In this document: in pieces, positions 20,552 through 29,662 of the stretch
Numbering within the stretch: the first letter of the stretch is position 1
Layout of the letters: the number at the start of each line of letters is the position of its first letter
Source: an uncultured Candidatus Saccharibacteria bacterium
GTDB lineage: Bacteria > Patescibacteriota > Andersenbacteria > UBA10190
Assembly (NCBI GenBank): GCA_964610055.1
Contig: CAZSUC010000002.1
Coordinates: 18,283-82,282, forward strand
Direction of reading: 5' to 3'
Length of the DNA: 64,000 nt
Made by a program: the position numbers and the translations under genes
The notes under the pieces: model-generated
The model's database searches: none
Told to the model about the DNA's origin: nothing
What the model saw: the letters and a program-made list of their open reading frames with translations, nothing else

Positions 20552-21145
20552 TTAGTCTTTGTGGAAGATATTGCGAAAGAAATTCCGAATGCGACTAAAG
20601 AAACCAACTCGTTCGGTTTGTGGTTCAGGAGAAGGAAGAGCGCTGGAATCAAGAGCAAATGGTTGTCCTTGACCAAAGCTTGGTGACCCATCGGGATTTT
20701 GTCCAAAAGTATTACGATTTTGTTCAGGCATATCGCTTGGCATGGCGTCTTGGCGGATTTCAGTAGCAGTAATAGTGGTGTCAGAGATAGTACCGATAAC
20801 CATAACCATGTCGTCAACGGCTAAATCGGAGATAGTGGCACTAGTGTTGTTTTTGGTAATTTCAGCAGAGCTACCATCAACGGTATATGTTTTTCCAGAA
20901 TCATCATTTGGTCCAAGACCGCGAGTTGTTATAGTTAAGTTGGTTCCGTCAATGGCAGTGATAGTTCCCATAACTCCAGGTGCTTGAGAAGGGCGTTCGC
21001 CTGAAGGAGGATTGTTGCCAGGGGCTTGATCAGGGTTATTCGGTCGAGCGTTATTGCTTTGGGCGTGAGTAGTAGAGACTATTCCTAGGCTTAAGCAACA
21101 AATAGTCGCAAGCGATAAGAGCGAAATTTTGTTTGAAATACACAT
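20552..21145 (-). CDS. secreted protein with DUF5666-like beta-rich domain
   Basis: start moved to ATG 21145 (MCISNK..., signal peptide); motif TYTVDGSSAEITKNNTSATISDLAVDDMVMVIGT resembles the 23807..24244 paralog. Confidence 0.5.
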   Translation of the reverse strand: MCISNKISLLSLATICCLSLGIVSTTHAQSNNARPNNPDQAPGNNPPSGERPSQAPGVMGTITAIDGTNLTITTRGLGPNDDSGKTYTVDGSSAEITKNNTSATISDLAVDDMVMVIGTISDTTITATEIRQDAMPSDMPEQNRNTFGQNPDGSPSFGQGQPFALDSSALPSPEPQTERVGFFSRIRNFFRNIFHKD

Positions 21146-21219
21146 ACTAAAAATTAAAAGTAAGCTGATAGCGTTAGTATACTCTAGAAATAGATGAAGT
21201 ATATTTGAAGATAAACAAC

Positions 21220-21247
21220 AAACCGCCAGGGGCAAGGCTGGCGGTTT
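21220..21247 (-). terminator. hairpin terminator AAACCGCCAG-loop-CTGGCGGTTT
   Basis: 10-bp stem, 8-nt loop, T-rich tail on minus strand; 21 nt downstream of 21268..21834 gene. Confidence 0.5.
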
Positions 21248-21267
21248 GAAGCAGTTTAATATTTATG

Positions 21268-21834
21268 TTATTCGGTCGTAGTTTCAGTATCTTGATCGGT
21301 AGGTGGAGTACGGTCTCCGTTAGGACCACCTGGTCCGTGAGGACCGTTAGATCCTGGCCCGCCAGGACCGCCACCAGGGCCAAACGGCAAGAATTCTTCA
21401 GGAATACCGTTATCCGCTGCCCATTGCTTTAGTTCGTCCATGTGTGCAGTCATAGTTGCTTCGCGTTCTTCATCTGACATGTCTTGAAAAGAATCGCGGG
21501 ACTCTTGGAGTTCTTTTTGTTTCGCAATGATTTTATCGGCTTGTTCTTGAGTTAATGTGCCATCAGAGACAGCTTGGGTGAGACGATCCTCAAAATTTTG
21601 ATGTTGAGGACGTTCTGTGTCTTGAGGACGATGTTCATCAAAAACTTGTTGAACATCGTCAGCGCTGAGGCCAAATTTATCGGCGATTGCAGTAACAAGC
21701 TCAGACATTGGGTTGGGCCGATCGCTTTCTTCTTCATCGGCGAAAGCGGTTTGAGCGGTCTGCAAGCCAATGATGGTCGTGAGCCCGAGAGCAAGCATAG
21801 TGCCGGCTACGAGCATGGATTTGTTTGGCTTCAT
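21268..21834 (-). CDS. secreted protein with LTQEQADKI-type helical repeats and Gly/Pro-rich tail (DUF2680/YckD-like?)
   Basis: signal peptide, acidic helical region, C-terminal GPGGGPGGPGSNGPHGPGGPNG low-complexity tail. Confidence 0.5.
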   Translation of the reverse strand: MKPNKSMLVAGTMLALGLTTIIGLQTAQTAFADEEESDRPNPMSELVTAIADKFGLSADDVQQVFDEHRPQDTERPQHQNFEDRLTQAVSDGTLTQEQADKIIAKQKELQESRDSFQDMSDEEREATMTAHMDELKQWAADNGIPEEFLPFGPGGGPGGPGSNGPHGPGGPNGDRTPPTDQDTETTTE

Positions 21835-22087
21835 TAATGTCTAAGTTAAGAATGAGGTAGGAGGTAAAGGTGGCGCAACGTGTGGCCGGGAGGATAGCCT
21901 CGTTAGATTTGAAGGTGACGAGGCAAAATCGCAAAGCGTTATCTTTTCCGGGACGAAGCGTCTTTACCGAAGTGTGATATGGAGGACCGCAATACCGTAT
22001 TGGGCTAGCTACCGATACGCGTATATGCCGTCTATGATCACAATATTAGTATGCTAAATTACCAATGAAGTTAGAGTGAAGGCAACG

Positions 22088-23137
22088 TTATGATGTAGAA
22101 GAAGCAAGAGGCAAAGAGATTGTAACCGTAGTGCCTTGATTAAGGCGACTGGTAATGTGTACTGAGCCGTTATATGACTGAATGATTGATTGGACGATAG
22201 ACAAGCCGAGGCCGCTGCCACCAGCTGCGCGTGATCGACTTTGATCAGCTCGATAAAAGCGATCAAATAAATGAGGAATGACAGTGTCGGATATACCAAT
22301 ACCGGTATCAGTGATGGTAATTAGAGCGTTATGATTTTGTTGAATGAGATTAACAACAACCTGTCCATTCGGTTTGTTATAGTCGATTCCATTTTTGATC
22401 ACGTTGGTTAGGGCTTGTAAAAGATGTTCGTAGTGCCCTGTCACGGAGATTGGGTCCGGAGCGAGAGAGGTGATTAGTTTAATCTGGCGTTTATTAGCAT
22501 AGGTTGTAAGACGCGAGATGGCGGTAGTAATAGCATGAGTTAAGTCTACGGTTGTGGCAGGGGGTGAAGCGGGATTGTCGTTGTCGAGACGAGAAATTAA
22601 GAGGAGATCATTAACGATTTTACCCATCCGTTTTACTTCTTCCAGATGACTAGTTAATTCAGTTTTAAGCTCTTGATTAAGATGAGGACGCGATAATTCA
22701 TTCTCAAGATCAAGTTGTAAGACAGCTAAAGGAGTACGTAATTCATGAGAAGCGTCACTTAAAAAAGTACGTTGACGGTCATATGCGGCTTGAATAGGAC
22801 GTAAGGTGATGCCGGCGAGCCAATAGCTTAAACCAACGGCACCGATAAAGAGAATACCGTTAGTCATCCAGAGAGAAAAACTAAGTTCTTGTCTGACTTG
22901 GTTACGAGCCAAAGTGTCAATTTGTAAATTAGGTGCAGGAGGGAAGAGAGGGCGATTGTGTAGATTTGATTCAAGTCGACTAGAGAAAAAGGAGTGAGTT
23001 GAGAAGCTAGAAATGGCTAAGATGATTAACAGGAGAATAGCGTATAAAACCGTTAAACGAATACGGGCAGCGTGAAATTGATTGCTTTTATGAGAGCCGG
23101 TAACCTTTGCCGCGAATTGTTTTAATACGTCTTGCAT
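22088..23137 (-). CDS. sensor histidine kinase (HisKA + HATPase_c)
   Basis: two N-terminal TM helices, H-box SHELRTPLAV, N/G boxes (NGIDYN, DTGIGI, GGSGLGLSIV); start overlaps RR gene by 50 nt (alternative GTG start possible). Confidence 0.85.
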   Translation of the reverse strand: MQDVLKQFAAKVTGSHKSNQFHAARIRLTVLYAILLLIILAISSFSTHSFFSSRLESNLHNRPLFPPAPNLQIDTLARNQVRQELSFSLWMTNGILFIGAVGLSYWLAGITLRPIQAAYDRQRTFLSDASHELRTPLAVLQLDLENELSRPHLNQELKTELTSHLEEVKRMGKIVNDLLLISRLDNDNPASPPATTVDLTHAITTAISRLTTYANKRQIKLITSLAPDPISVTGHYEHLLQALTNVIKNGIDYNKPNGQVVVNLIQQNHNALITITDTGIGISDTVIPHLFDRFYRADQSRSRAAGGSGLGLSIVQSIIQSYNGSVHITSRLNQGTTVTISLPLASSTS

Positions 23138-23750
23138 ATTGATTAGGTAATTTTTTACGTAAGTTTTTTAGATGAACGTCGACGACGTTGCTTAATGAAT
23201 CATAGAAACTATCCCAAACATGACTTAAGATATCATCTCGGGTTACAACTGTGTTTTGATTGCGTAATAGGTATTCAAGTAAAGCATATTCACGAGCGGT
23301 TAGGTGAATTTCTTTGTTAGCGATGGTAACACGTTGAGCTTGGGTGTCGAGAGTAAGTCCATCAAGAGTCATGATGTCAGGGACAAGTTGATTAGGGCGA
23401 CGAAGAAGACTGCGGATACGAGCGAGTAATTCTTCAAAGGAAAAGGGTTTTGTAAGGTAATCGTCACCACCATGATCTAAGCCAGTGACTTTGTCTTCGA
23501 TCGCATCTTTGGCAGTTAAGAAGAGGATCGGAGTGGTGATTTGGTCGTGGCGTAGATTTTGGCACACGGTTAATCCGTCTCGAAGAGGCATCATAATATC
23601 GAGGATAATAAGATCATAGGGATTACGACGGGCTAATGTTTCACCTGCCACGCCTTCAAAAGCAAAATCGACCGCATATCCTTGGTTTTTTAAGGCTTTA
23701 ACTAGCCCTTTATTTAATTTTGGCTCGTCTTCGACGACTAAAATACGCAT
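23088..23750 (-). CDS. OmpR-family response regulator
   Basis: receiver domain (ILVVEDE..., DLIILDIMMP) plus winged-helix C-terminus ending RGKGYRL. Confidence 0.9.
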   Translation of the reverse strand: MRILVVEDEPKLNKGLVKALKNQGYAVDFAFEGVAGETLARRNPYDLIILDIMMPLRDGLTVCQNLRHDQITTPILFLTAKDAIEDKVTGLDHGGDDYLTKPFSFEELLARIRSLLRRPNQLVPDIMTLDGLTLDTQAQRVTIANKEIHLTAREYALLEYLLRNQNTVVTRDDILSHVWDSFYDSLSNVVDVHLKNLRKKLPNQYARRIKTIRGKGYRLS

Positions 23751-23806
23751 ATGTTCATGATACTACCTGGGGCGGGATGAAGAATAGCTGAAGAGGGTGG
23801 GTATAG

Positions 23807-24244
23807 CTAATTAGCGGGTCCGTTACCTCCAAAGGGCATGTCCGAATCTGTCGGTATAATTTGAACAGAGGTGGCTGTAGTGCTGCCATCAGCATTTTTT
23901 TCGCCGACTACCATAATTTGACTGCCATCCGTTAGATCACTCAGAGCGCCGTTGGCAGTTTTTTGGTAAGTTGTGCTGCTATTAACGAGAATGATTTGGG
24001 AATTGTTGTTTTGAGTAGTTACTATAATACGACCATCAGCGATTGATTGGATAGAACCGGAAATACGGTTTTCGCTGGTGTCGGCTGGAGCGCCACTACG
24101 AGATGATCCGCTGGGCATGTTACCACCCATTGGTCCGCCATTAGGTTGACCAGAACCAATTAAGGAGCGGCTAAAATATCCGCCGAGACCACCAATGACC
24201 AAACAGGCAATGGCAGTAAGAATGAGACTATTTTTAGGAGTCAT
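23807..24244 (-). CDS. membrane-anchored secreted protein with DUF5666-like domain
   Basis: N-terminal TM/signal, Gly-rich linker, motif RIIVTTQNNNSQIILVNSSTTYQKTANGALSDLTDGSQIMVVG paralogous to 20552..21145. Confidence 0.5.
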   Translation of the reverse strand: MTPKNSLILTAIACLVIGGLGGYFSRSLIGSGQPNGGPMGGNMPSGSSRSGAPADTSENRISGSIQSIADGRIIVTTQNNNSQIILVNSSTTYQKTANGALSDLTDGSQIMVVGEKNADGSTTATSVQIIPTDSDMPFGGNGPAN

Positions 24245-24265
24245 ATAATAAGTAATTAAGATTAA

Positions 24266-25486
24266 TTATTCGTAACGTAAGGCGACGATTGGTTGTAACT
24301 TAGCAGCACGTTGAGCTGGATAATAGCCAAAGACGATTCCAATGGCACTACTAACCGTGAAGGCAAGGAGAGGCCCGTAGAAGGAAATAGTGATGGGCAT
24401 GCCAAGTAGATTGCTGCCGATAATGGAAATGATAATACCAAGGATAATGCCGATAAGGCCACCGCTCACTGTCAAGACAATAGATTCAACTAAAAACTGG
24501 AGGAGAATGTCTTTGTGCTTGGCGCCGATAGCCTTGCGAATACCAATTTCTCGGGTGCGTTCAGTAATAGTAACGAGCATAATATTCATAATTCCGATAC
24601 CGCCAACGAGAAGTGAAATAGCGGCGATGCCAGAAAGTAAGTTAGTAAATGTGCTGGTAGTTTCACTGACAGTTTCAATGAGATCGGCTTGAGAACGAAT
24701 ACTGAAATCAGCATCATCGACATTAGTAAAACCATGGCGACGAAGTAAAAACCAGCCAACTTCATCCATAGTTTGATCCATGACGTCGGCGCTAGTTGCC
24801 GTGACAGAAATACTACTAACGTAATCGCTGCCAACCAAGAGTTTTTGAGCAGTAGTAATAGGAACGTAAACGCTATCGTCGGAGCTACCGAAACCACCGC
24901 CACCTTTTTCTTCAGTTAAACCAACAACTCGAAAAAGGATGCTGTTGATTTTAATGTTTTGACCAATTGGATTATCGTTTTCAAACAGACTTTCGGCGAC
25001 ATTGGGGCCCAAGACAGCGACGCGGGCAAGATCTTCTATATTTTGTTCGGTGATAAAAGAACCGGATGAAATGGTGATATTGGAAGTGGTGACATGAGAT
25101 GGCATAACGCCAGATATTTGGGCGTTAGTATTGTTTCTTCCGGCTGTGATTTGGAAATTACTGGAAACAGTAGCGCTAACGGCGGAAACGGTGGTTAAGG
25201 ATGTATTAGAAGATAAGGCTTCAACATCATCCATAGTAAGACTATCGGCTGATCCCATGGCACCACGAACACCGCTTTGACTAGAAGCCCCAGGTGAAAT
25301 TGTAAGTAAATTTGATCCAATCGATGATATCTGGTCTGTGACTGAAGTCTGCGCGCTTTGACCAAGAGAGATTAAGCTGACAACAGCGGCAATACCAATA
25401 ACAATGCCTAAAATAGCTAGGCTGGTACGTAGCATGTTAGAAAGTAAGGCATTAAAAGCAGTGGCAGTTGTTTCGCGAATATCCAT
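24266..25486 (-). CDS. ABC transporter permease, FtsX/MacB type
   Basis: TM1, large extracytoplasmic domain, then 3 TM helices with FtsX-like C-terminus; C-terminal IVALRYE. Confidence 0.8.
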   Translation of the reverse strand: MDIRETTATAFNALLSNMLRTSLAILGIVIGIAAVVSLISLGQSAQTSVTDQISSIGSNLLTISPGASSQSGVRGAMGSADSLTMDDVEALSSNTSLTTVSAVSATVSSNFQITAGRNNTNAQISGVMPSHVTTSNITISSGSFITEQNIEDLARVAVLGPNVAESLFENDNPIGQNIKINSILFRVVGLTEEKGGGGFGSSDDSVYVPITTAQKLLVGSDYVSSISVTATSADVMDQTMDEVGWFLLRRHGFTNVDDADFSIRSQADLIETVSETTSTFTNLLSGIAAISLLVGGIGIMNIMLVTITERTREIGIRKAIGAKHKDILLQFLVESIVLTVSGGLIGIILGIIISIIGSNLLGMPITISFYGPLLAFTVSSAIGIVFGYYPAQRAAKLQPIVALRYE

Positions 25487-25491
25487 AGATA

Positions 25492-26193
25492 TTATTGAGG
25501 GAAGGGGTGATTAGGGCTAATTGGTATTTGTTCTTTGTCTTCGTAGATAAGGCCGTCACGAAGAGAAATAACACGTTTAGCGTGGGCAGCGATGTCATGT
25601 TCATGTGTAACCATAACTATAGTGTGTCCTTCTTGGTTTAATTGCTGGAAGAGATGCATGATCTCATCTCCTGTTTTAGTGTCGAGGTTACCAGTTGGTT
25701 CATCGGCGAGAATAATACTAGGATCGGTGATTAAGGCGCGAGCGATAGCGACGCGTTGTTTTTGTCCACCAGAGATTTCATTTGGCATTTTTTGAGCTTC
25801 CTTGGTTAAACCAACTAGATCAAGAAGTTTTTGAGCTTTTGCGTTACGATCGTGATCGTTACAGTAGGCGAGTGGCAAGGCAACGTTTTTAAGCAAGCTC
25901 ATGCGAGCTAAGAGATTGAATGCTTGAAAAACGAAACCAATTTTGCGATTACGGATATCAGAGAGACGATCGTCAGTAAGATTTTCAACAGCCTCGCCGT
26001 CTAATTCGTAGGTACCGCTAGTCGGGATATCAAGGGCGCCTAAGATGTGCATCAAGGTTGATTTACCGGATCCGGACGGTCCCATGATAGCGACAAATTC
26101 CTTCGCTTTTATATTAATGGTAACGCCTTTTAGGGCCTGAGTCTTAGTTTCGCCGGTATCGTATGTCTTTGTAATGTTGTTGATCTTGATCAT
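25492..26193 (-). CDS. ABC transporter ATP-binding protein (MacB/LolD-type NBD)
   Basis: GPSGSGKST Walker A, LSGGQKQRVAIARAL signature, [11 protein letters not shown] Walker B. Confidence 0.9.
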   Translation of the reverse strand: MIKINNITKTYDTGETKTQALKGVTINIKAKEFVAIMGPSGSGKSTLMHILGALDIPTSGTYELDGEAVENLTDDRLSDIRNRKIGFVFQAFNLLARMSLLKNVALPLAYCNDHDRNAKAQKLLDLVGLTKEAQKMPNEISGGQKQRVAIARALITDPSIILADEPTGNLDTKTGDEIMHLFQQLNQEGHTIVMVTHEHDIAAHAKRVISLRDGLIYEDKEQIPISPNHPFPQ

Positions 26194-26201
26194 GGCGAAA
26201 T

Positions 26202-27644
26202 TTAGAAGCCTCCGCCGGGAGGACCGCCACCTCCCATGACGCTGCCCATACCGCTCATGCTTCCGCTACCAGAACGTTGGCTGCTTTCGTCGGACTCGCT
26301 GTCACTAAATGATCCTGTAATGTTACTACCACTAATAACGACTTCGTCTCCTTCGCTAAGACCGTCAGTAATTTCAATATTGAGGTCGTCGCTAGCGCCG
26401 ACAGTTACTTCGACTGTGGTAGCAACACCATCGCGCATAACAGTGACACTGGCTTGGTCGTCTTGGTATTGCACGGCATTAGTCGGGATTAAGAGAACGT
26501 CATTTTTTTGAACAGTTATAATGCTGGCGTCAACAGACATGCCTGGTCGAATAGTTTCATCTAATTGGTCAAATGTAATTTCGACATTATAAGTTGTAAC
26601 GCCGCTAGTAGTTGTACTGAGAGTATCGATATTGGAAATCACGCCAGTCGCAGTTTTATCAGATAAGGCGTCAAAAGTAAGAGTGGCGGGTTGGCCGAGC
26701 GCAATACTGGAAATATCAACTTCACTGATAGATACTTGGGCGCGTAAACTGGTCATGTCTACAATAGAGAAGAGTGTACTAGAAGAGCTGGAATCATCGC
26801 TATCGCCGTCAGAGCTGTCGTTTTTACCGACAACACTGCCTTCTACTAAGGACATATTCATAACTGTTCCGGCGACGGGGGCGGTGACAGTTTCGCTAAT
26901 CATGGCTTGGTAGCTGAGTCGAGTAGCAGTCAGACTAGCTTGGGCTGCGGTTAGCGACTGCTGAGAAATTTTAGTTGTAGTGGCGGCTGATTCAGCATTA
27001 AGTTTTGCTTGCGCTAAAGAAGCTTCCGCGGTTTTAAGGCTTTCTTGTCCGGATAGTTTGGCGGTCTTGAGTTCAATTTCAGCGCTTTCAGTTGTACGTT
27101 CAGCGGAGACTGTTTCTAGGTCGGTGTCGGCAGATTCTTGTGTCATGGCAGCGCTAATAACGCCCTTATCGGCATCAATAATACTTTTGTTAACAGCAAT
27201 TTTAGCTTGATCGTAGGCTAATTGACTGGCTTCAAGGTTAGTTTGTTTGATTTGCTCGTTTTTTTGACTTTCAGTTAATGTTTGTTCAGCGGAAGTAACG
27301 GCTTTTTGCGCGGATAGGAGAGAGGCATAAGCTTGCGCTAATTCTTCATCGGTTGATAGTGATTTTAGAGCAACAAGAGTTTGATCAGCGGTAACGGTTT
27401 CGCCATTTTCGACATATATTTTTTCGATCCGACTTGCACCGCTAGTAGTGACATCAGAAGATATTTTAGCGATAACAGAACCGCTGCCGCTAACTGACTC
27501 GACAATTGTGCCGCGCTCGACTGTTGTAGTGCTGGTTGTGACTACCGTTTCAGTGGTGCGGAAAAAGAACCACCAAACTGCTACTCCAGCGAGCAGGAGA
27601 ATAATAGTGATAATGAACCACGGTTGACGATAAGGGATTTTCAT
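26202..27644 (-). CDS. HlyD-family periplasmic adaptor (MacA-like) with Gly/Ser-rich C-terminal tail
   Basis: N-terminal TM anchor, coiled-coil, beta-barrel; C-terminal low-complexity SGSGSMSGMGSVMGGGGPPGGGF. Confidence 0.75.
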   Translation of the reverse strand: MKIPYRQPWFIITIILLLAGVAVWWFFFRTTETVVTTSTTTVERGTIVESVSGSGSVIAKISSDVTTSGASRIEKIYVENGETVTADQTLVALKSLSTDEELAQAYASLLSAQKAVTSAEQTLTESQKNEQIKQTNLEASQLAYDQAKIAVNKSIIDADKGVISAAMTQESADTDLETVSAERTTESAEIELKTAKLSGQESLKTAEASLAQAKLNAESAATTTKISQQSLTAAQASLTATRLSYQAMISETVTAPVAGTVMNMSLVEGSVVGKNDSSDGDSDDSSSSSTLFSIVDMTSLRAQVSISEVDISSIALGQPATLTFDALSDKTATGVISNIDTLSTTTSGVTTYNVEITFDQLDETIRPGMSVDASIITVQKNDVLLIPTNAVQYQDDQASVTVMRDGVATTVEVTVGASDDLNIEITDGLSEGDEVVISGSNITGSFSDSESDESSQRSGSGSMSGMGSVMGGGGPPGGGF

Positions 27645-27742
27645 TATGTAACCGATTAATGATCAGAACGTTAGCAAGTAAATAACTGGCACGCATAGGT
27701 GTATAGGGCGAGCCAATTACGGTTTGAAGTGTACGCGAGGGA

Positions 27743-27764
27743 CTATGAAATTTCTATGAAGACA
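27743..27764. promoter_or_regulatory. tandem direct repeat CTATGAA-N4-CTATGAA (11-bp period), Pho-box-like
   Basis: two identical heptamers exactly 11 bp apart; 12 nt upstream of a TATAGT -10 candidate (27773..27778) for the 27799 gene. Confidence 0.35.
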
Positions 27765-27798
27765 TTATACTCTATAGTAACTATTAGATTAATAATGC

Positions 27799-29244
27799 GT
27801 GTTAACGACCAAAGTAAATGAAATAGACTTGGGCGGATCCGATGCACCGGTGAAGTTGTTTTTGATTCACGGATATACCGGGAGTCCAACTGACTTTAAT
27901 CAGTTGCCAGATTTTTTACATGACCAGTATGGAGTTAGGGTGCGTGTACCTTTACTGCCGGGGCATGGTACTGAAGTGAATGATTTAGATAACTATAACT
28001 ACGAGGATTTTATTCAAAAGGTTGAAAAGGAGTTTGCTCAAGAACGTCAAAAAGGAGGAAAAATATTGGTTGGCGGAGTGTCTTTTGGAGCGCTAGTGGC
28101 TTTACGTTTAGCAGCGAAGTATCCGGTTGATGGTGTAGTCAATATTAGTATTCCGTTTAGTTTAAAAATGCCTTTTGGAATGCCCGGCATAAAATGGTTG
28201 CGTCTGATAAAGAAATACTGGAGAAAAAAAGTGAAATCAGATGAAATAGGGCTGCGGCGCGATTCCTTCCATTACGATTATATGCATGTAAATGGTCTGG
28301 GAATTGTAAAGCAAGCTAAGCGTGAGGTGAAAGATAATTTACGTGGAGTTACGTGTCCGATTATAACAATTCATTCAAATCACGATCCGATTGGAAGTGT
28401 GCGAGGAGTGCATAAATTACAGAAGAAAATGGCTAAAGATCATCAGGTTGTGATGTATGATAATCCTAATCACAATATTTTTTTTAGTAATAAGCATACC
28501 GATGCTTACCAAAAGATTGGTGATTTTGTGCAAGACACAATAAAATCACGATCAGTGAAAACAAAGCACAAAGTTGCGGCAATTGTACCAGCTTATAACG
28601 AAGCGGATCGCATTAAGCCAGTATTGGAAACTTTGATTCGGACTGACTTAATTAATGAGGTGATGGTAGTGGATGATGGATCAACGGATAAAACAAGTGA
28701 AATTGCGCGGGCTGTGCCAGGAGTAAAAGTGATTACTAATAAGGAGAATAAGGGGAAGGCAGCCTCTTTGCAGCTGGCAATTGATCAAACGAAAGCAGAC
28801 GTTTTATTTTTTTGTGACGCAGACTTAGAAGAATTAACACCAGAGATCGTAACGGAGATTATAAACCCAGTAGTGTTAGAGCAACGAGATATGTTTATTG
28901 GGGTGCGCAATAATGTTACGCAAAAAGCGTTGACTTTATTTGCGCTGAATTCAGGTGAGAGAGCGTTGCGACGAGAAGTATGGGAAGAGATGCCGGATAT
29001 TTTTAAATATCGTTATCGATTAGAAGTAGGTTTAAACGCGACTGCTCGATGGCGTAAGAATGGTTATGGATGGAAAAAGTTTCCATACTATCAGACATTT
29101 AAAGAACGTAAATATGGGTTTGTCAAAGGCACTATTTTGCGCTGGTGGATGAATTTAGATGTGTTGTATGCGTATGCAGTGGTTGTGGGAAGGCGCGTTT
29201 TGGGGCGACGGGGATTGGTGGCGGAGAAAAAGACTGGCATTTAA
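27799..29244 (+). CDS. bifunctional alpha/beta-hydrolase (esterase-like) and family-2 glycosyltransferase fusion protein
   Basis: GTG start; N-terminal HGYTGSP ... GVSFGA (GxSxG) hydrolase fold; C-terminal AAIVPAYNEADRI ... VVDDGSTDKT ... CDADL GT2 (DPM1-like) motifs. Confidence 0.7.
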   Translation: MLTTKVNEIDLGGSDAPVKLFLIHGYTGSPTDFNQLPDFLHDQYGVRVRVPLLPGHGTEVNDLDNYNYEDFIQKVEKEFAQERQKGGKILVGGVSFGALVALRLAAKYPVDGVVNISIPFSLKMPFGMPGIKWLRLIKKYWRKKVKSDEIGLRRDSFHYDYMHVNGLGIVKQAKREVKDNLRGVTCPIITIHSNHDPIGSVRGVHKLQKKMAKDHQVVMYDNPNHNIFFSNKHTDAYQKIGDFVQDTIKSRSVKTKHKVAAIVPAYNEADRIKPVLETLIRTDLINEVMVVDDGSTDKTSEIARAVPGVKVITNKENKGKAASLQLAIDQTKADVLFFCDADLEELTPEIVTEIINPVVLEQRDMFIGVRNNVTQKALTLFALNSGERALRREVWEEMPDIFKYRYRLEVGLNATARWRKNGYGWKKFPYYQTFKERKYGFVKGTILRWWMNLDVLYAYAVVVGRRVLGRRGLVAEKKTGI

Positions 29245-29269
29245 AGAGGGGCTCGTTATAATAGGTATC

Positions 29270-29662
29270 ATGAAAGGATACATAGCAAACTTAGAACAAG
29301 AAACTTTAGAAAATAACGACTATCGTCGCGTATTGTATACGGGACGGTATAGTCAATTAGTAGTCATGAGTTTAGAGCCGGGTCAGGAGATAGGGAACGA
29401 GCAACATGGCCTTGATCAATTTATTCGAATTGAACAAGGAAAAGCGAAGGTTGTTTTAGGCAATGGAGAATTGGAGCAAGAGGTGCAGGATGATTGGGCA
29501 TTTATTATTCCAGCGGGAACTTGGCATAACGTGATCAATACGGGAGAAACTCAATTAAAGTTATACACTGTTTATTCTCCCCCTGAACATCGACATGACG
29601 TGGTGCAACCAACGAAAGCAGATGAAAAGGAAGAACATTTTGACGGTCAGACAACTGAATAA
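29270..29662 (+). CDS. cupin-domain protein
   Basis: start moved to ATG 29270 (after previous stop); motif G..EQHGLDQFIRIEQG...IIPAGTWHNVIN typical of small cupins. Confidence 0.6.
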   Translation: MKGYIANLEQETLENNDYRRVLYTGRYSQLVVMSLEPGQEIGNEQHGLDQFIRIEQGKAKVVLGNGELEQEVQDDWAFIIPAGTWHNVINTGETQLKLYTVYSPPEHRHDVVQPTKADEKEEHFDGQTTE

